Origin: Alphaproteobacteria bacterium
GTDB taxonomy: Bacteria > Pseudomonadota > Alphaproteobacteria > RF32 > CAG-239
Length of the DNA stretch: 64,000 nt
Direction: 5' to 3'
Assembly (NCBI GenBank): GCA_017626035.1
Contig: JAGAJR010000010.1
Span: forward strand, 581-64,580
Both the position numbers and the translations under genes were made by a program. The notes beneath the pieces were generated by a model. It had not been told where the DNA came from and did not search any database. It saw only the letters and a program-made list of their open reading frames with translations. This document shows, piece by piece, positions 51,166 to 61,836 of this stretch (position 1 is its first letter; the number at the start of each line of letters is the position of its first letter).

Positions 51166-51633
51166 TTAATTGTTTTGCAGAAATCCGTCAATTTGATAAC
51201 GCAAATCCCGGCTGAAACTGTTCGGATCGGAAACCTCTGAGGCCAGAGCCGGGATGTCTTGGAGTTTTTTATAGCCGAAAGTTTGCCCGTCATCGACGCG
51301 AACCAGAACAACTTCCAACGGCTGGCTTAAGTTATAGGTCTCAATAAAGTTGTATTCCTGATCGTTCTGATAATTAATGATAAACAGGCTGTATTGGTCG
51401 GAATAATATTGATTGTAGACGTCTTCTATCATGGCGATGGTTTGTGGGCAGGCGTCACACGGTTCGTTATTATAGAAAATATAAATAATGGATTTGTTAT
51501 AATCAGGTTGAGATTCCTGAAAATACTCTTCCATATTTTGGTCAGGATTGTAACCGCCTTCGTAAGTTAATTCCGCATGCAGCGGCATAGCAATTGCCAA
51601 ACCGATTAAAAGTCCCCATAAAATCTTGTGCAT
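51166..51633 (-). CDS. Exported thioredoxin-fold-like protein
   Basis: Signal peptide, IYIFY...CDAC (CxxC), later QPLEVVLV. Confidence 0.55.
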   Translation of the reverse strand: MHKILWGLLIGLAIAMPLHAELTYEGGYNPDQNMEEYFQESQPDYNKSIIYIFYNNEPCDACPQTIAMIEDVYNQYYSDQYSLFIINYQNDQEYNFIETYNLSQPLEVVLVRVDDGQTFGYKKLQDIPALASEVSDPNSFSRDLRYQIDGFLQNN

Positions 51634-51650
51634 TTCTTCTCTCCTTTGGG

Positions 51651-53369
51651 TTAGAGAGGAGAGCAAACATCCTTCAGCCAGTTTCTTTCTTCCGTATTCA
51701 GATATTTCTGTATCTTTTTGAAGACATTTTGATGATAGTTGTTTATCCAGTTTATCTCCTCTGTGCTCAAGAGATATTTATTGATAAGGCGTTTATCAAT
51801 AGGGGCGAGTGTTAAATATGCAAATTTTAACATTCCCGGGTATGCGGCAGGAACAACCTCAACCAGATTTTCAATACGGATGCCGTAATGATCTTCTTTA
51901 TAATATCCGGGTTCGATGGAGGTTATCATTCCGGCTTCAAGCGGATAACGGCTGCCGGCGGAAGAAATGCTTAACGGTCCTTCGTGAACATTAAGAAAAC
52001 ATCCGACACCATGTCCGGTTCCGTGCTGATAATCCAAACCTTGCCGCCACAGCGGGTTGCGAGCCAGCGTGTCCAGTTTCATTCCGCTTGTTCCCTGCGG
52101 AAAAACTGCCGAACTTAACGAGATGTGTCCTTTGAGAACATAAGTGAAATTGTCAATCATTTCCTTTTTAGGCTTGCCGACGGCAATGGTGCGGGTAATG
52201 TCGGTTGTTCCGTCAAAATATTGTGCTCCGCTGTCTAAAAGGAGGAGCGAACCTTTTTCCAATTTCAAGTTGGTCTTTTCCTGAGGACGGTAATGGACAA
52301 CGGCTCCGTTGGCAGCGAATCCGGCAATAGTGTCAAAACTGACGGAAAAGAAGTTGTTTCCTTGTTTGCGGAAGTCATAGAGCTTATCGACAATATCCAG
52401 TTCGGTTTTGCCAAGACCTTCTTTTTCAAGCCAATGCAGAAAACGGCAAACTGCAACACCGTCCCGGAGATGGGCTTGACGTATCCCTTCCAATTCTACC
52501 GGATTTTTAACGGCTTTCAACTTTTGGCACGGATCTTGGGCGGGAACAAAATCAATATGGTGTTTTTGGGCGAGAAGAAATGCTTTCTGAGAGGTGAAAT
52601 TGCCATCATAGCCGATTTTTTGCTTTTTGTAATTTTTGAGATATTTTTCCAGATCGGCAAACGGGGCAATCGTGAACTGCAAGTCAGCCTGCGGAAATTC
52701 GATATTATCGGCAAAGACGGTGATGTTGCCCAAAATATCCACCAAGGCGGCCGCCCTTAAAACGGGAGTATCCGGAAGACAGCGGGAACGCAGGTTTAAC
52801 AGCCACGATACGCTGTCTGCCGAGCCGATGAAAAAGCCGTGAAAAAAGTGTTTTTTCAACTCAACGATAACTTGTCCGAGTTTTTCTTCGGCAGAAACTC
52901 CCGAAAATTGCGGTTCGTGTTCAAAGGCGGAAAATTTTTCAAGGCTGATTTTTTCTCCTTCCAGATGATATTGGTCGGCAACAAAGTCAAACTTAGGCAG
53001 TTCTCTTTGCAATTGTTCAAATTCTCTGACACTTAGACATTCCGGATTGTAGGCAATCGTCCATTTGTCCAAAGGCGTAGAGTTCTTTTTCAGCCAGGAA
53101 ACGAGCGTATCCTGTGTTTTGCAGACGACATGAACATCTTCGGGATTGACCTCGCGGGCGGCTTGTATTTCGTATCGGCCGTCAACAAAAAGATATGCGG
53201 AGACCGGCGTAACCAGAAGAGTGCCTGCTGAACCGCTGAATCCTGTCAGTTCCATGATTTTGTTTTCTTCGGGAAGGATGTCCTGTCTGAGAAAGCGGTT
53301 GTTGCGGGTAATCAGCAAAGCATTGAATTTGTGTTTGGAAAGTTGTGTTTGCAAATCTTGAAGTGTCAT
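51651..53369 (-). CDS. Aminopeptidase P (M24B) family protein
   Basis: TGFSGSAG, DSGAQYFDGTTDITRT, HGTGHGVG..LNVHEGP, EPGYY...GIRIEN. Confidence 0.95.
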   Translation of the reverse strand: MTLQDLQTQLSKHKFNALLITRNNRFLRQDILPEENKIMELTGFSGSAGTLLVTPVSAYLFVDGRYEIQAAREVNPEDVHVVCKTQDTLVSWLKKNSTPLDKWTIAYNPECLSVREFEQLQRELPKFDFVADQYHLEGEKISLEKFSAFEHEPQFSGVSAEEKLGQVIVELKKHFFHGFFIGSADSVSWLLNLRSRCLPDTPVLRAAALVDILGNITVFADNIEFPQADLQFTIAPFADLEKYLKNYKKQKIGYDGNFTSQKAFLLAQKHHIDFVPAQDPCQKLKAVKNPVELEGIRQAHLRDGVAVCRFLHWLEKEGLGKTELDIVDKLYDFRKQGNNFFSVSFDTIAGFAANGAVVHYRPQEKTNLKLEKGSLLLLDSGAQYFDGTTDITRTIAVGKPKKEMIDNFTYVLKGHISLSSAVFPQGTSGMKLDTLARNPLWRQGLDYQHGTGHGVGCFLNVHEGPLSISSAGSRYPLEAGMITSIEPGYYKEDHYGIRIENLVEVVPAAYPGMLKFAYLTLAPIDKRLINKYLLSTEEINWINNYHQNVFKKIQKYLNTEERNWLKDVCSPL

Positions 53370-54254
53370 TTATATTTTCTCCATTAAAGCGGCTCTCCAA
53401 TTGTCAATTTCATAGATTTTGACAAGTTTTAATCCCAATTCCAAGTGAGCATTGATGACCCAGTCTTCCTGATCGCCGACAAATCCGGACAGGACGCAGT
53501 ATCCTCCTTTTTTCAGGTTTTTATATAAATCCGGAGCCATTTCGATTAAAGGGCGGGCCAGAATGTTTGAGAGGATAATGTCGTAAGGGGCATTATTTTT
53601 GACTAATGAAGAGTTGTATCCGTCGCTGACTTCTGCGGTAATAGATTTATCCAATTGATTGTCTTCAGCGTTTTGCCGTGTTACCCAAACGGCTTCTTCG
53701 TCAATATCCACGGCGGTGATTTTGCATTCGCTGTTCCAGAGTTTGGCACAAGCCAGAGATAAAATGCCGGAGCCTGTTCCCATATCAAGAATATTTTGGT
53801 GGGCGGCGTTGAGCTTATTAAGTTCGCTGACGGCTTTGAGGCAGGATTTTGTTGTTTGATGTTCGGAACCAAAAGCCGTGGCGGCATAAATGCGGATGGC
53901 CAGTTTGTCCGTTTTCGGCGTTTCTTTTTCGTGAATGCCGTAAATCAGAAACTCTTCGACTTCTACGGGAGCGAATTGAATGACATTGTCTTTCAGCCAG
54001 TTTTGGCTTTCAAGATATTCCAGCGTGTATGGAGGGAGGATGATGTTTTGTTTGACAGCTGCCGCCTTTAAGTCATTTTCGTTGAAACCGATATTTTTAT
54101 AACCGGTGTATTGTTCCATTCCGTCATCCGTGTAATTGCAGGCGACGACATCAAAATATTCTTCCAGAAAGTTTTCCAATTCTTCGCTGATGTTTTCCAA
54201 CGGTTGAAAGTTTACCAACCAGCAGCTTCCGCCTTTGTTTGCAGCCATAGTCAT
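53370..54254 (-). CDS. prmA: 50S ribosomal protein L11 methyltransferase
   Basis: AFGSEHQTT, LDMGTGSGILS, DID, NILARPL, LSG. Confidence 0.9.
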   Translation of the reverse strand: MTMAANKGGSCWLVNFQPLENISEELENFLEEYFDVVACNYTDDGMEQYTGYKNIGFNENDLKAAAVKQNIILPPYTLEYLESQNWLKDNVIQFAPVEVEEFLIYGIHEKETPKTDKLAIRIYAATAFGSEHQTTKSCLKAVSELNKLNAAHQNILDMGTGSGILSLACAKLWNSECKITAVDIDEEAVWVTRQNAEDNQLDKSITAEVSDGYNSSLVKNNAPYDIILSNILARPLIEMAPDLYKNLKKGGYCVLSGFVGDQEDWVINAHLELGLKLVKIYEIDNWRAALMEKI

Positions 54255-54346
54255 TATTCTTCCTATAAGTTATAATCAATTATTTACTATCCTCGGATTA
54301 TAGTATATTACTAAACATTATTAAAATACTAAAAAGAGAAGATAAG

Positions 54347-55123
54347 ATGAAAAAAATATCCGCTTTAATCGCTTTGTTTTCCTTGTCAGGCTGTCTCTAT
54401 GCCGGCGATATTTCGGTTTTGGAGAGCCGCAAAAGCTTTGTGGAACGTTGGAGTTCGTATCCTATTACTTATTTTGATCAGGGTTCCAAATTGGTTAAAA
54501 CGGAATATATCACGGACAAGGGAATGCCTGTTAACGAGGTTTTGACGGCGTATAAGGGATATACGGTTGTTGATGCCAAAACCTACCGCAAGGATTTTTA
54601 TGCCGCCGAATATTTGCGTCCGAATATGGACGGGGCTTTAAACGGGGCGTCTATTCCGGTTGTTTTCAAAAAGAATGACTTGAAACAGGTTGTCGGACAG
54701 GTTGTTATTGATGATGAAAGCTTCCTGCTGGTTCCGACTTATAAAGATAAAAGCGATTTTATGGTTTTGGTCAGGAGAGATGGGAGTTTGAGCCGGCATT
54801 TGGGACAAATCCGTTACAAACGTTTGGTGCTGCTGGATGCGGATTATGTTCCTTATCCGGCTGATTTGCGTTTGGAACCGGTTACGACTTCCCGGACGGA
54901 ACAAACGGAACCGGTCAAGGGATTTGACATTAAGTATGAAGGAATTAAGGCTGACAGAATGGCCTTTACGTATCTTGACTATGCCAATTCTCAGGGAGAC
55001 AGCGGCCGTTTTGAAAATCTGAGTTATCCGAACAAGCCGGGGATTATCAATATTCGCGGTGTGGGAATTAAGGTGTTGGATGCCGGAAAGCAGAAACTCG
55101 ATTACATCATTCTGAAAAAATAA
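54347..55123 (+). CDS. Hypothetical lipoprotein
   Basis: MKK-hydrophobic-LSG-C lipobox. Confidence 0.7.
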   Translation: MKKISALIALFSLSGCLYAGDISVLESRKSFVERWSSYPITYFDQGSKLVKTEYITDKGMPVNEVLTAYKGYTVVDAKTYRKDFYAAEYLRPNMDGALNGASIPVVFKKNDLKQVVGQVVIDDESFLLVPTYKDKSDFMVLVRRDGSLSRHLGQIRYKRLVLLDADYVPYPADLRLEPVTTSRTEQTEPVKGFDIKYEGIKADRMAFTYLDYANSQGDSGRFENLSYPNKPGIINIRGVGIKVLDAGKQKLDYIILKK

Positions 55124-55216
55124 ACAGTTTTTTGAAAAAAATCTTGCGGGAGTTGTTGATTTGACGTATAACTTCCGTCAGCAAAAGATATAATAAAAGT
55201 TTTAAGGAGATTAATA

Positions 55217-55975
55217 ATGTCTGGACACTCCCAGTTTAAAAACATCATGTACCGCAAAGGGGCTCAGGATGCCAAAAAGGCCAAGGTATTCGCCAAGCTG
55301 GCTCGCGATATTACCATTGCTGCCAAAAGCGGGTTGCCGGAACCTGATAAAAACCCTCGTCTGCGTTTGGCTATTCAAGCAGCTCGTGCAGAAAGCATGC
55401 CGAAGGACAATATTGAACGTGCGATTGCCAAAGCTTCCCAGACAGCCGGCGGAAATGATTATGTGAGTGCCCGTTATGAAGGTTTCGGACCGGGAAAAGT
55501 TGCCGTTATTGTTGAAGCTTTGACGGATAATAAAAACCGCACCGCCGGAAATGTCCGTACAATTTTCGGAAAAAGAGGCGGAGCTATGGGAGAAAGCGGT
55601 TCCGTTACTTTTAATTTTGAAAGAATTGGCTATATTGCTTATCCGCAGTCTGTGGCTGAGGCTGACAAAATGTTTGAAGCCGCTCTGGAAGCCGGAGCCA
55701 ATGATGTTGTCAGTGATGATGAAAATCATGAAATTGAAACTCTTCCGGATGATTTGAATGCCGTTACCGAAGTTTTGGAAAAACAGTTCGGCACTCCGTC
55801 CGCTTCCCGTCTGGATTGGAAACCGATGGTAAAAACAGACATTACCGATATGGAAACGGCTCAGAAGTTTTTGGACTTTATTGACGCTTTGGAAGATGAC
55901 GATGATGTTCAGAAAGTATATCATAATGCTGAATTTTCCGAAGATATTTTAGCGAAATTAAACGCTGAGGAATAA
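55217..55975 (+). CDS. yebC: YebC/PmpR family protein
   Basis: MSGHSQFKNI, NPRLRLA, YEGFGP, TDNKNRT, DDDDVQKVYHN. Confidence 0.96.
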   Translation: MSGHSQFKNIMYRKGAQDAKKAKVFAKLARDITIAAKSGLPEPDKNPRLRLAIQAARAESMPKDNIERAIAKASQTAGGNDYVSARYEGFGPGKVAVIVEALTDNKNRTAGNVRTIFGKRGGAMGESGSVTFNFERIGYIAYPQSVAEADKMFEAALEAGANDVVSDDENHEIETLPDDLNAVTEVLEKQFGTPSASRLDWKPMVKTDITDMETAQKFLDFIDALEDDDDVQKVYHNAEFSEDILAKLNAEE

Positions 55976-56461
55976 ATGAGGATATTAGGTCTTGACCCGA
56001 GCTTGTCGTCAACGGGCTGGGGGGTTATAGAAATTGAAAATAACCGTTTGAGGTATGTTGCCGACGGTTATATCAAGACCGATCCGAAAATGGAATTGCC
56101 TGCCCGATTGGCGGTTATTCACAAGACTTTAGCTGATGTTATTGATGCTTATAAGCCTGATGAAGCCGCCATTGAGCAGGTTTTTTTGAATGATAATCCG
56201 ATGTCGACAATCAAATTGGGAATGGCTCGCGGCGTAGTTATTCTGGCACCCGCGTTATATAATATTCCTGTTTGCGAATATGAGCCGACTAAAGTCAAAA
56301 AGGCTTTGGTCGGGGTCGGACGGGCGGAAAAAAGCCAGGTGGAAACCATGGTTAAGGTTTTGCTGCCGGGGTGCAAACCGAAAAACAATGACTCTTCCGA
56401 TGCTTTGGCAATAGCCATTACCCATTATAATTATCGGCAGTCCAGAGCCCTGGGGCGTTAG
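55976..56461 (+). CDS. ruvC: Crossover junction endodeoxyribonuclease RuvC
   Basis: ILGLDP....GWG, AIEQVF, LGMARG, DALAIA. Confidence 0.96.
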   Translation: MRILGLDPSLSSTGWGVIEIENNRLRYVADGYIKTDPKMELPARLAVIHKTLADVIDAYKPDEAAIEQVFLNDNPMSTIKLGMARGVVILAPALYNIPVCEYEPTKVKKALVGVGRAEKSQVETMVKVLLPGCKPKNNDSSDALAIAITHYNYRQSRALGR

Positions 56462-56466
56462 GAAGT

Positions 56467-57183
56467 ATGCGGATGAACGGCATTTTGAAAAAGGTAAAGA
56501 ACGATGTCCGCGTCTTGATGTCCGGAGATAACAGCGGGCACGGATTTGACCATGTGGAGCGGGTTTATCGGATTGCGGTTAAGATGGCTGAGGAAGAAAA
56601 TGCCGATATGGAAATTGTGGCTTTGGCCGCTTTGTTGCATGATGCAGACGATTATAAATTATTTGGCGAGGAATCGGCTCAAAATCTGACAAATGCCAAA
56701 AGGATTATGCGGCAGAATAACGTTGGCGAGGAAACGGCTTCCCGGGTTTGTGAGATTATCAGAACGATGGGATACAGCAAAGCATTAAAAGGTATTCGTC
56801 CGCAAACCCTTGAAGGGCAGATTGTGTCCGACGCGGATATGTTGGAAGCCATCGGAGCCATGGGATTGGTAAGATGTCTGGCTTATGCTTTGGATAAATG
56901 CCATTCGGGGACAAATCAGATTTTTGACGAGAAAATTTGGCCGGAAATTAATCTTTCCGCGGAAGAGTATAAAAAGCCCAACCGGGTATCGGATAATTTT
57001 GTTAATCACTTTTTTGAGAAAATGCTCAAACTTAAAACGATGATGTTTACAAAATCCGGACGAAAAGAAGCGGAAATCCGGCACCGGTTTATGGTGGATT
57101 TTCTTTATGAATTTTTCAGAGAAAACAATGCCGGAGAATGGATAGAGTATTTGAAGAATTTTGAAAACGAAAGAGCCGCCTGA
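56467..57183 (+). CDS. HD-domain phosphohydrolase (YedJ-like)
   Basis: GHGFDHVERV, ALLHDADD, VSDADMLEAIGA, HFFEKML. Confidence 0.88.
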   Translation: MRMNGILKKVKNDVRVLMSGDNSGHGFDHVERVYRIAVKMAEEENADMEIVALAALLHDADDYKLFGEESAQNLTNAKRIMRQNNVGEETASRVCEIIRTMGYSKALKGIRPQTLEGQIVSDADMLEAIGAMGLVRCLAYALDKCHSGTNQIFDEKIWPEINLSAEEYKKPNRVSDNFVNHFFEKMLKLKTMMFTKSGRKEAEIRHRFMVDFLYEFFRENNAGEWIEYLKNFENERAA

Positions 57184-57287
57184 AAGCGGCTTTGTTTTTA
57201 TTTTGTTCTTAAAGTTAAATAATGATTGCAGAGGATTATATATTTGTATAATCTCACAACAGAGGTTTATTGATTTAAGGTAATAAG

Positions 57288-57968
57288 ATGATTGCAAAAT
57301 TACGCGGTGTTATTGACACTATCGGAGAAGACTATTGTATTGTCGATGTAAACGGGGTCGGGTATCTGGTCTCTGCTTCGTCCCGCACTCTGGCGAAACT
57401 TGTCCGCGGAAAAGCTGCGGTTCTGCTGATTGAAACCGTCGTTCGGGAAGACAGCATTTCATTGTTCGGCTTTGCCGATGCCTGGGAAAAAGAGTGGTTT
57501 TTGACACTGACGAAAGTTCAGGGTGTGGGGGCAAAGGTCTGTTTGGCAATTTTGTCGGTGTTGACGCCGAATCAGTTGGCTCAGGCTGTTTCTGCCCAAG
57601 ACAAGGCTTCTTTCTCGCGGGCAAGCGGAGTTGGACCGAAACTGGCGGCAAGAATTGTTACCGAACTGAAGGATAAAATTGTTACCGTTCCGATAGAATC
57701 TGTTGTGAGAAGTGATTTAACAACAGAGGAGGAAGATATGGATAAGGAACAGGCTGAACAGGAAAATAATGCTTATGAAGATGTGATTTCCGCTCAGGAA
57801 GACAATCAAAATTCGGTTGAAGACGCTATTTCCGCGTTAGTTAATCTCGGGTATCAGCGTTTGGAAGCTTATAAGGCGGTTAACAAGGCGGCGATGAAAA
57901 CACAGAATGCGGATGTTTCGGAATTAATCAAACTGGCATTGAAAGAATTTGCAAATAAAGAAATTTAG
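57288..57968 (+). CDS. ruvA: Holliday junction branch migration protein RuvA
   Basis: MIAKLRG, VNGVGY, VRED, VQGVGAK, GVGPK.A.RI..ELKDK, SALVNLGY. Confidence 0.96.
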   Translation: MIAKLRGVIDTIGEDYCIVDVNGVGYLVSASSRTLAKLVRGKAAVLLIETVVREDSISLFGFADAWEKEWFLTLTKVQGVGAKVCLAILSVLTPNQLAQAVSAQDKASFSRASGVGPKLAARIVTELKDKIVTVPIESVVRSDLTTEEEDMDKEQAEQENNAYEDVISAQEDNQNSVEDAISALVNLGYQRLEAYKAVNKAAMKTQNADVSELIKLALKEFANKEI

Positions 57969-57980
57969 AGGACTTGACGA

Positions 57981-59057
57981 ATGATTGACGAGAGAATAGT
58001 TAGCCCGGAAAAACAAGAGGATGACGAACAAGGCGGCGGAATGCCGGTCAGTCTGCGTCCGAATTCGCTGGCGGATTTTGTCGGACAACGCCAAGTCTGC
58101 GAAAATCTGAAAGTGTTTATTGAGGCCGCGAAGAAGAGGGGCGAAGCTTTGGACCATGTGCTTTTGTTCGGCCCTCCGGGATTGGGAAAAACGACGCTGG
58201 CGTCCATTGTGGCCAAAGAATTGGGGGTCGGTTTTCGGGCAACTTCGGCTCCGATGATTACCAAGTCGGGAGATTTGGCTGCTATTCTGACTAATTTGGA
58301 AAAAAACGATGTTTTGTTTATTGATGAAATTCATCGTCTTAATCCGGCTATTGAAGAAGTTTTGTATTCGGCGATGGAAGATTTTCAGTTGGATTTGATT
58401 ATCGGGGAAGGTCCGTCTGCCCGTTCGGTGCGAATCGATTTGCAGCCGTTTACTCTGGTCGGGGCAACCACCCGTTCGGGATTGTTGTCCACGCCGTTGA
58501 GGGAGCGTTTCGGAATACCGTTGAGATTGGATTTTTATTCTCCGGAAGAGTTGGAAAAGATTGTCATTCGCGGGGCAAATTTGTTGGGAATGCCGATTTC
58601 GCAATCAGGAGCGGCGGAAATTGCCAAACGGTCGCGGGGAACTCCTCGCGTGGCGGGAAGACTGCTTCGTCGGGTGCGGGACTTTGGAGCCGTGAGCGAA
58701 GCAAGCGAAGTCGATACCAAAATCGCTGATACGGCATTGCGTCGTTTGGATGTTGACAATTACGGTTTGGATGCGTTTGACAGAAGATATTTGAACTGCA
58801 TTGCCAATAACTACGGCGGCGGTCCGGTCGGTGCGGATACTTTGGCGGCGGCGTTGTCAGAAGAGCGGGATACGATTGAAGAAGTTATTGAGCCGTTCTT
58901 GCTGAAACTGGGTTTTTTGCAGCGGACGCCCAGAGGACGCGTGATTTCGGATTTGGGGTGTGATTATATCGGAATCCCGAGGGTTAAAAAAGGCGGCGTG
59001 AAACCGGCCCCGATGCAGTTTGATTTGTTGAAGGTTATTGAAGAAGAGGAAGTCTGA
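57981..59057 (+). CDS. ruvB: Holliday junction DNA helicase RuvB
   Basis: [37 protein letters not shown]. Confidence 0.98.
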   Translation: MIDERIVSPEKQEDDEQGGGMPVSLRPNSLADFVGQRQVCENLKVFIEAAKKRGEALDHVLLFGPPGLGKTTLASIVAKELGVGFRATSAPMITKSGDLAAILTNLEKNDVLFIDEIHRLNPAIEEVLYSAMEDFQLDLIIGEGPSARSVRIDLQPFTLVGATTRSGLLSTPLRERFGIPLRLDFYSPEELEKIVIRGANLLGMPISQSGAAEIAKRSRGTPRVAGRLLRRVRDFGAVSEASEVDTKIADTALRRLDVDNYGLDAFDRRYLNCIANNYGGGPVGADTLAAALSEERDTIEEVIEPFLLKLGFLQRTPRGRVISDLGCDYIGIPRVKKGGVKPAPMQFDLLKVIEEEEV

Positions 59058-59504
59058 ATGTTTGAGGAAATTTTACCGCCGCAGGGCAAAAAGTTTGGCC
59101 GGGTATTTGCTTTTCCGGTCAGGGTGTATTATGAGGATACGGATGCCGGCGGGATTGTTTATTATGCAAATTATCTGAAGTTTGCCGAACGGGCAAGAAC
59201 GGAATATGTCCGCAGTTTGGGAGTTTGCCAGCAGGAAGGTTTGGAGAGTGAAGACAAATGCGGGTTTACGGTTCGCCATGTGGATATTGACTATAAACTT
59301 CCGGCAGTGCTTGACGATGCTTTGGTTGTAACCTGCGAAGTTGTCGAAGCCAAGGGAGCCGGTGCGGAAATGCATCAGGATATTTATCGCGGGGACAAGC
59401 TTTTGGCGAGTTTGAACGTGAAACTGGCATATTTGAGCCTGGCGAGAAAGCGTCCGGTGCGTATTCCCGAAGAGTTGTTGAACAAGATTAATTCTTGTGC
59501 TTAA
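59058..59504 (+). CDS. ybgC: YbgC-family acyl-CoA thioesterase
   Basis: RVYYEDTDAGGIVYYANYLKFAERARTE. Confidence 0.93.
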   Translation: MFEEILPPQGKKFGRVFAFPVRVYYEDTDAGGIVYYANYLKFAERARTEYVRSLGVCQQEGLESEDKCGFTVRHVDIDYKLPAVLDDALVVTCEVVEAKGAGAEMHQDIYRGDKLLASLNVKLAYLSLARKRPVRIPEELLNKINSCA

Positions 59505-59600
59505 TCGCCTAAAAATTAATTGAAAATTTAGTATTTTATGATAATTTTCGCTCAAAGATTTGAGAAACGTTTATTTATGCATAAAAAGTGAGTTGAAAAA

Positions 59601-60347
59601 ATGGATACACAATCATTAGCAGATGTAACAAATACCGCCGCCCAAATGTCCATGTGGGACTTGGTTTGGGCTTCCGATATGGTTACCAAAGTGGTGATGA
59701 TGGGGTTGATTGCCGCCTCGGTTTGGTCATGGGCGATTATTATCGAAAAATTCGGTACCCTGCGTCAGGTTAAACAGATGTCAAAGGGATTTGAGGAAAA
59801 ATTCTGGTCCGGCGGTTCTTTGGACAGATTATATGATTCTATCGGCAATCGTCCGAGAGATCCGATGTCGGCAATGTTTATCGCGGCGATGAAGGAATGG
59901 AAACGGACGAATATTCTCAAATCCAAGACTGATCGCGGTTTGAGAGGTGTTTCTTTGCAACAGCGTATTGAAAAAGCGATGATGGTTTCCATGGATAAGG
60001 AGTTGGATGAACTGGATACCCGCATGGGCTTTTTGGCTTCAACGGGTTCGGTGGCTCCGCTGGTGGGGTTGTTTGGTACCGTTTGGGGTATCATTAACAG
60101 CTTTAACGCTATTGCCACCACACAAAGCAATTCATTGTCGGCTATGGCTCCGGGTATTGCCGAAGCTTTGTTTACGACGGCTTTCGGGTTGATTGCCGCT
60201 ATTCCGGCAGTGGTCGCTTATAACAAAATTTCTTCGGATATTGACAGATATGCCAAGAGATTGGAAAACTTTATGGCCGAATTCTCAAGCATTTTGTCCC
60301 GTGAGATTGACGATACGGCAATTAAGGCCGATATGGCGGGAGAATAA
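59601..60347 (+). CDS. tolQ: TolQ
   Basis: SVWSWAIIIEK, FE..FWSG, PLVGLFGTVWGI, APGIAEAL. Confidence 0.95.
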   Translation: MDTQSLADVTNTAAQMSMWDLVWASDMVTKVVMMGLIAASVWSWAIIIEKFGTLRQVKQMSKGFEEKFWSGGSLDRLYDSIGNRPRDPMSAMFIAAMKEWKRTNILKSKTDRGLRGVSLQQRIEKAMMVSMDKELDELDTRMGFLASTGSVAPLVGLFGTVWGIINSFNAIATTQSNSLSAMAPGIAEALFTTAFGLIAAIPAVVAYNKISSDIDRYAKRLENFMAEFSSILSREIDDTAIKADMAGE

Positions 60348-60349
60348 AA

Positions 60350-60784
60350 ATGTATTTTCAGCAGACGCCGAGACGTTTCCAGAGAGTGTATAAACGCAAT
60401 TCCGACATCAATATTACCAACCTGATGGATGTGATGATGGTTTTGTTGGTGGTCTTTATGGTTGCCGCTCCGCTGATGACCTCGGGTATTGCCCTTGATT
60501 TGCCGAAAGTAGGCGGTAAAGCCCTGAACGAGGAAGTAACTTCCGTGAATATCAGCGTGGACAAGGAAGGGTATTACTATATCGGGGAGACGGAAATTCC
60601 GGCAAACGAGATTGTGGCAAAACTTCAGGCTATCCGCGATGCCAATACGGAATTGACGGTTACGATTTCCGGCGATACGGGAGCCGAATACGGCCGGGTT
60701 ATCGGGCTGATGGCTTTGTTGAAAGAAGCCGGTTTTGACAAGGTCGGGCTGAAAACGGAACCCCGCCCGCTGAAAAAGAAATAA
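60350..60784 (+). CDS. tolR: TolR
   Basis: INITNLMDVMMVLLVVFMVAAP; follows tolQ. Confidence 0.92.
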   Translation: MYFQQTPRRFQRVYKRNSDINITNLMDVMMVLLVVFMVAAPLMTSGIALDLPKVGGKALNEEVTSVNISVDKEGYYYIGETEIPANEIVAKLQAIRDANTELTVTISGDTGAEYGRVIGLMALLKEAGFDKVGLKTEPRPLKKK

Positions 60785-60838
60785 TCCGCAGCAATACGGT
60801 AAAAACGAAAGCAAACAACAAGAAGAACACAACATTTG

Positions 60839-61786
60839 ATGAAACAGTCGTTATATAAATCTTTGGCTTTGCATTTTACGGTCTTTCTATTGTTCATAAT
60901 AGACGTTCCGTTTTTTTGGCATAGAAATATGACAATCAGCCAGGTGCCGATTATTGTTGATTTGAATGACGTGAAAATTTCCGAGATGACGAATCTTCCG
61001 CCGAAGGCCAAATTCGGCGAAGAGGAAAAAAAGGCTTCGACCATCAAACGCAAGGTTGAAGAAAATTATACTCAGGAAGAAGTGAAAAAAGAAGATAAAC
61101 CGGTTAAGAAAGCGGAAGCCGAAGACACCAAACCGGCTCCGAAAGAAGAAACTCCGGAACCGCCGAAAAAAGATTTTTTGGTAGCTCCTCAGCCGAGAAA
61201 GCCTAAAGTTCCGGTCGAGAAAAAAGTGGAAAAGAAACCTGAAACCAAGCCGAAACCGGCTCCTAAAAAAGAAGCCAAAAAAACAGAAACCAAAGAGGAC
61301 AAGAGCAAGCCGAAACTGGCTAATCCGCTGAAGAGCCTGTTGGCTTCGGTTGACGCTCTGGAAAAAGAACAGGGCGAGAAAGACGCGACGGCGACAATCA
61401 AGGAAGGCACTAAAGTCAACAATATGGGGATTGAAGGCGGTGTCGGCGGATCTTATTTCAGCGAATTATCAATTTCGGAGACGGATGCGATAGCCGGACG
61501 TTTGCGGGCTTGTTGGAATTTGGATCCGGGAGCCATGGGCATTAAGGATATGATTATTGAAATCCGGGCCTTTTTGAACCGGGACGGAACGGTGCGGGAA
61601 GTTAAGATTTTGGATACCGCCCGTTATAACAGCGACACACATTTCCGTTCGGTTGCAGACAGTGCAAGGCGTGCGGTTTATATCTGCCAGCCATATTCTA
61701 TTTTTGCCGAAAAATATGCGGATAAATATGATATGTGGAATACGATGCTGCTGCGGTTTAATCCGCTGGACGGCCAAGTCAACTGA
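60839..61786 (+). CDS. tolA: TolA-like protein
   Basis: S..LH TM motif, Lys/Glu/Pro-rich linker, C-terminal CW...SARRAV..C.P domain; follows tolQR. Confidence 0.82.
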   Translation: MKQSLYKSLALHFTVFLLFIIDVPFFWHRNMTISQVPIIVDLNDVKISEMTNLPPKAKFGEEEKKASTIKRKVEENYTQEEVKKEDKPVKKAEAEDTKPAPKEETPEPPKKDFLVAPQPRKPKVPVEKKVEKKPETKPKPAPKKEAKKTETKEDKSKPKLANPLKSLLASVDALEKEQGEKDATATIKEGTKVNNMGIEGGVGGSYFSELSISETDAIAGRLRACWNLDPGAMGIKDMIIEIRAFLNRDGTVREVKILDTARYNSDTHFRSVADSARRAVYICQPYSIFAEKYADKYDMWNTMLLRFNPLDGQVN

Positions 61787-61836
61787 TACGGAAATTTGAA
61801 ATCAACGGAGATAAATGCTTGGAAATAAACCGGAGG

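Noticed and set aside
56467-57183. HD protein between ruvC and ruvA as a defence system
   Set aside because: It is an ordinary YedJ-like HD hydrolase with no partner defence genes
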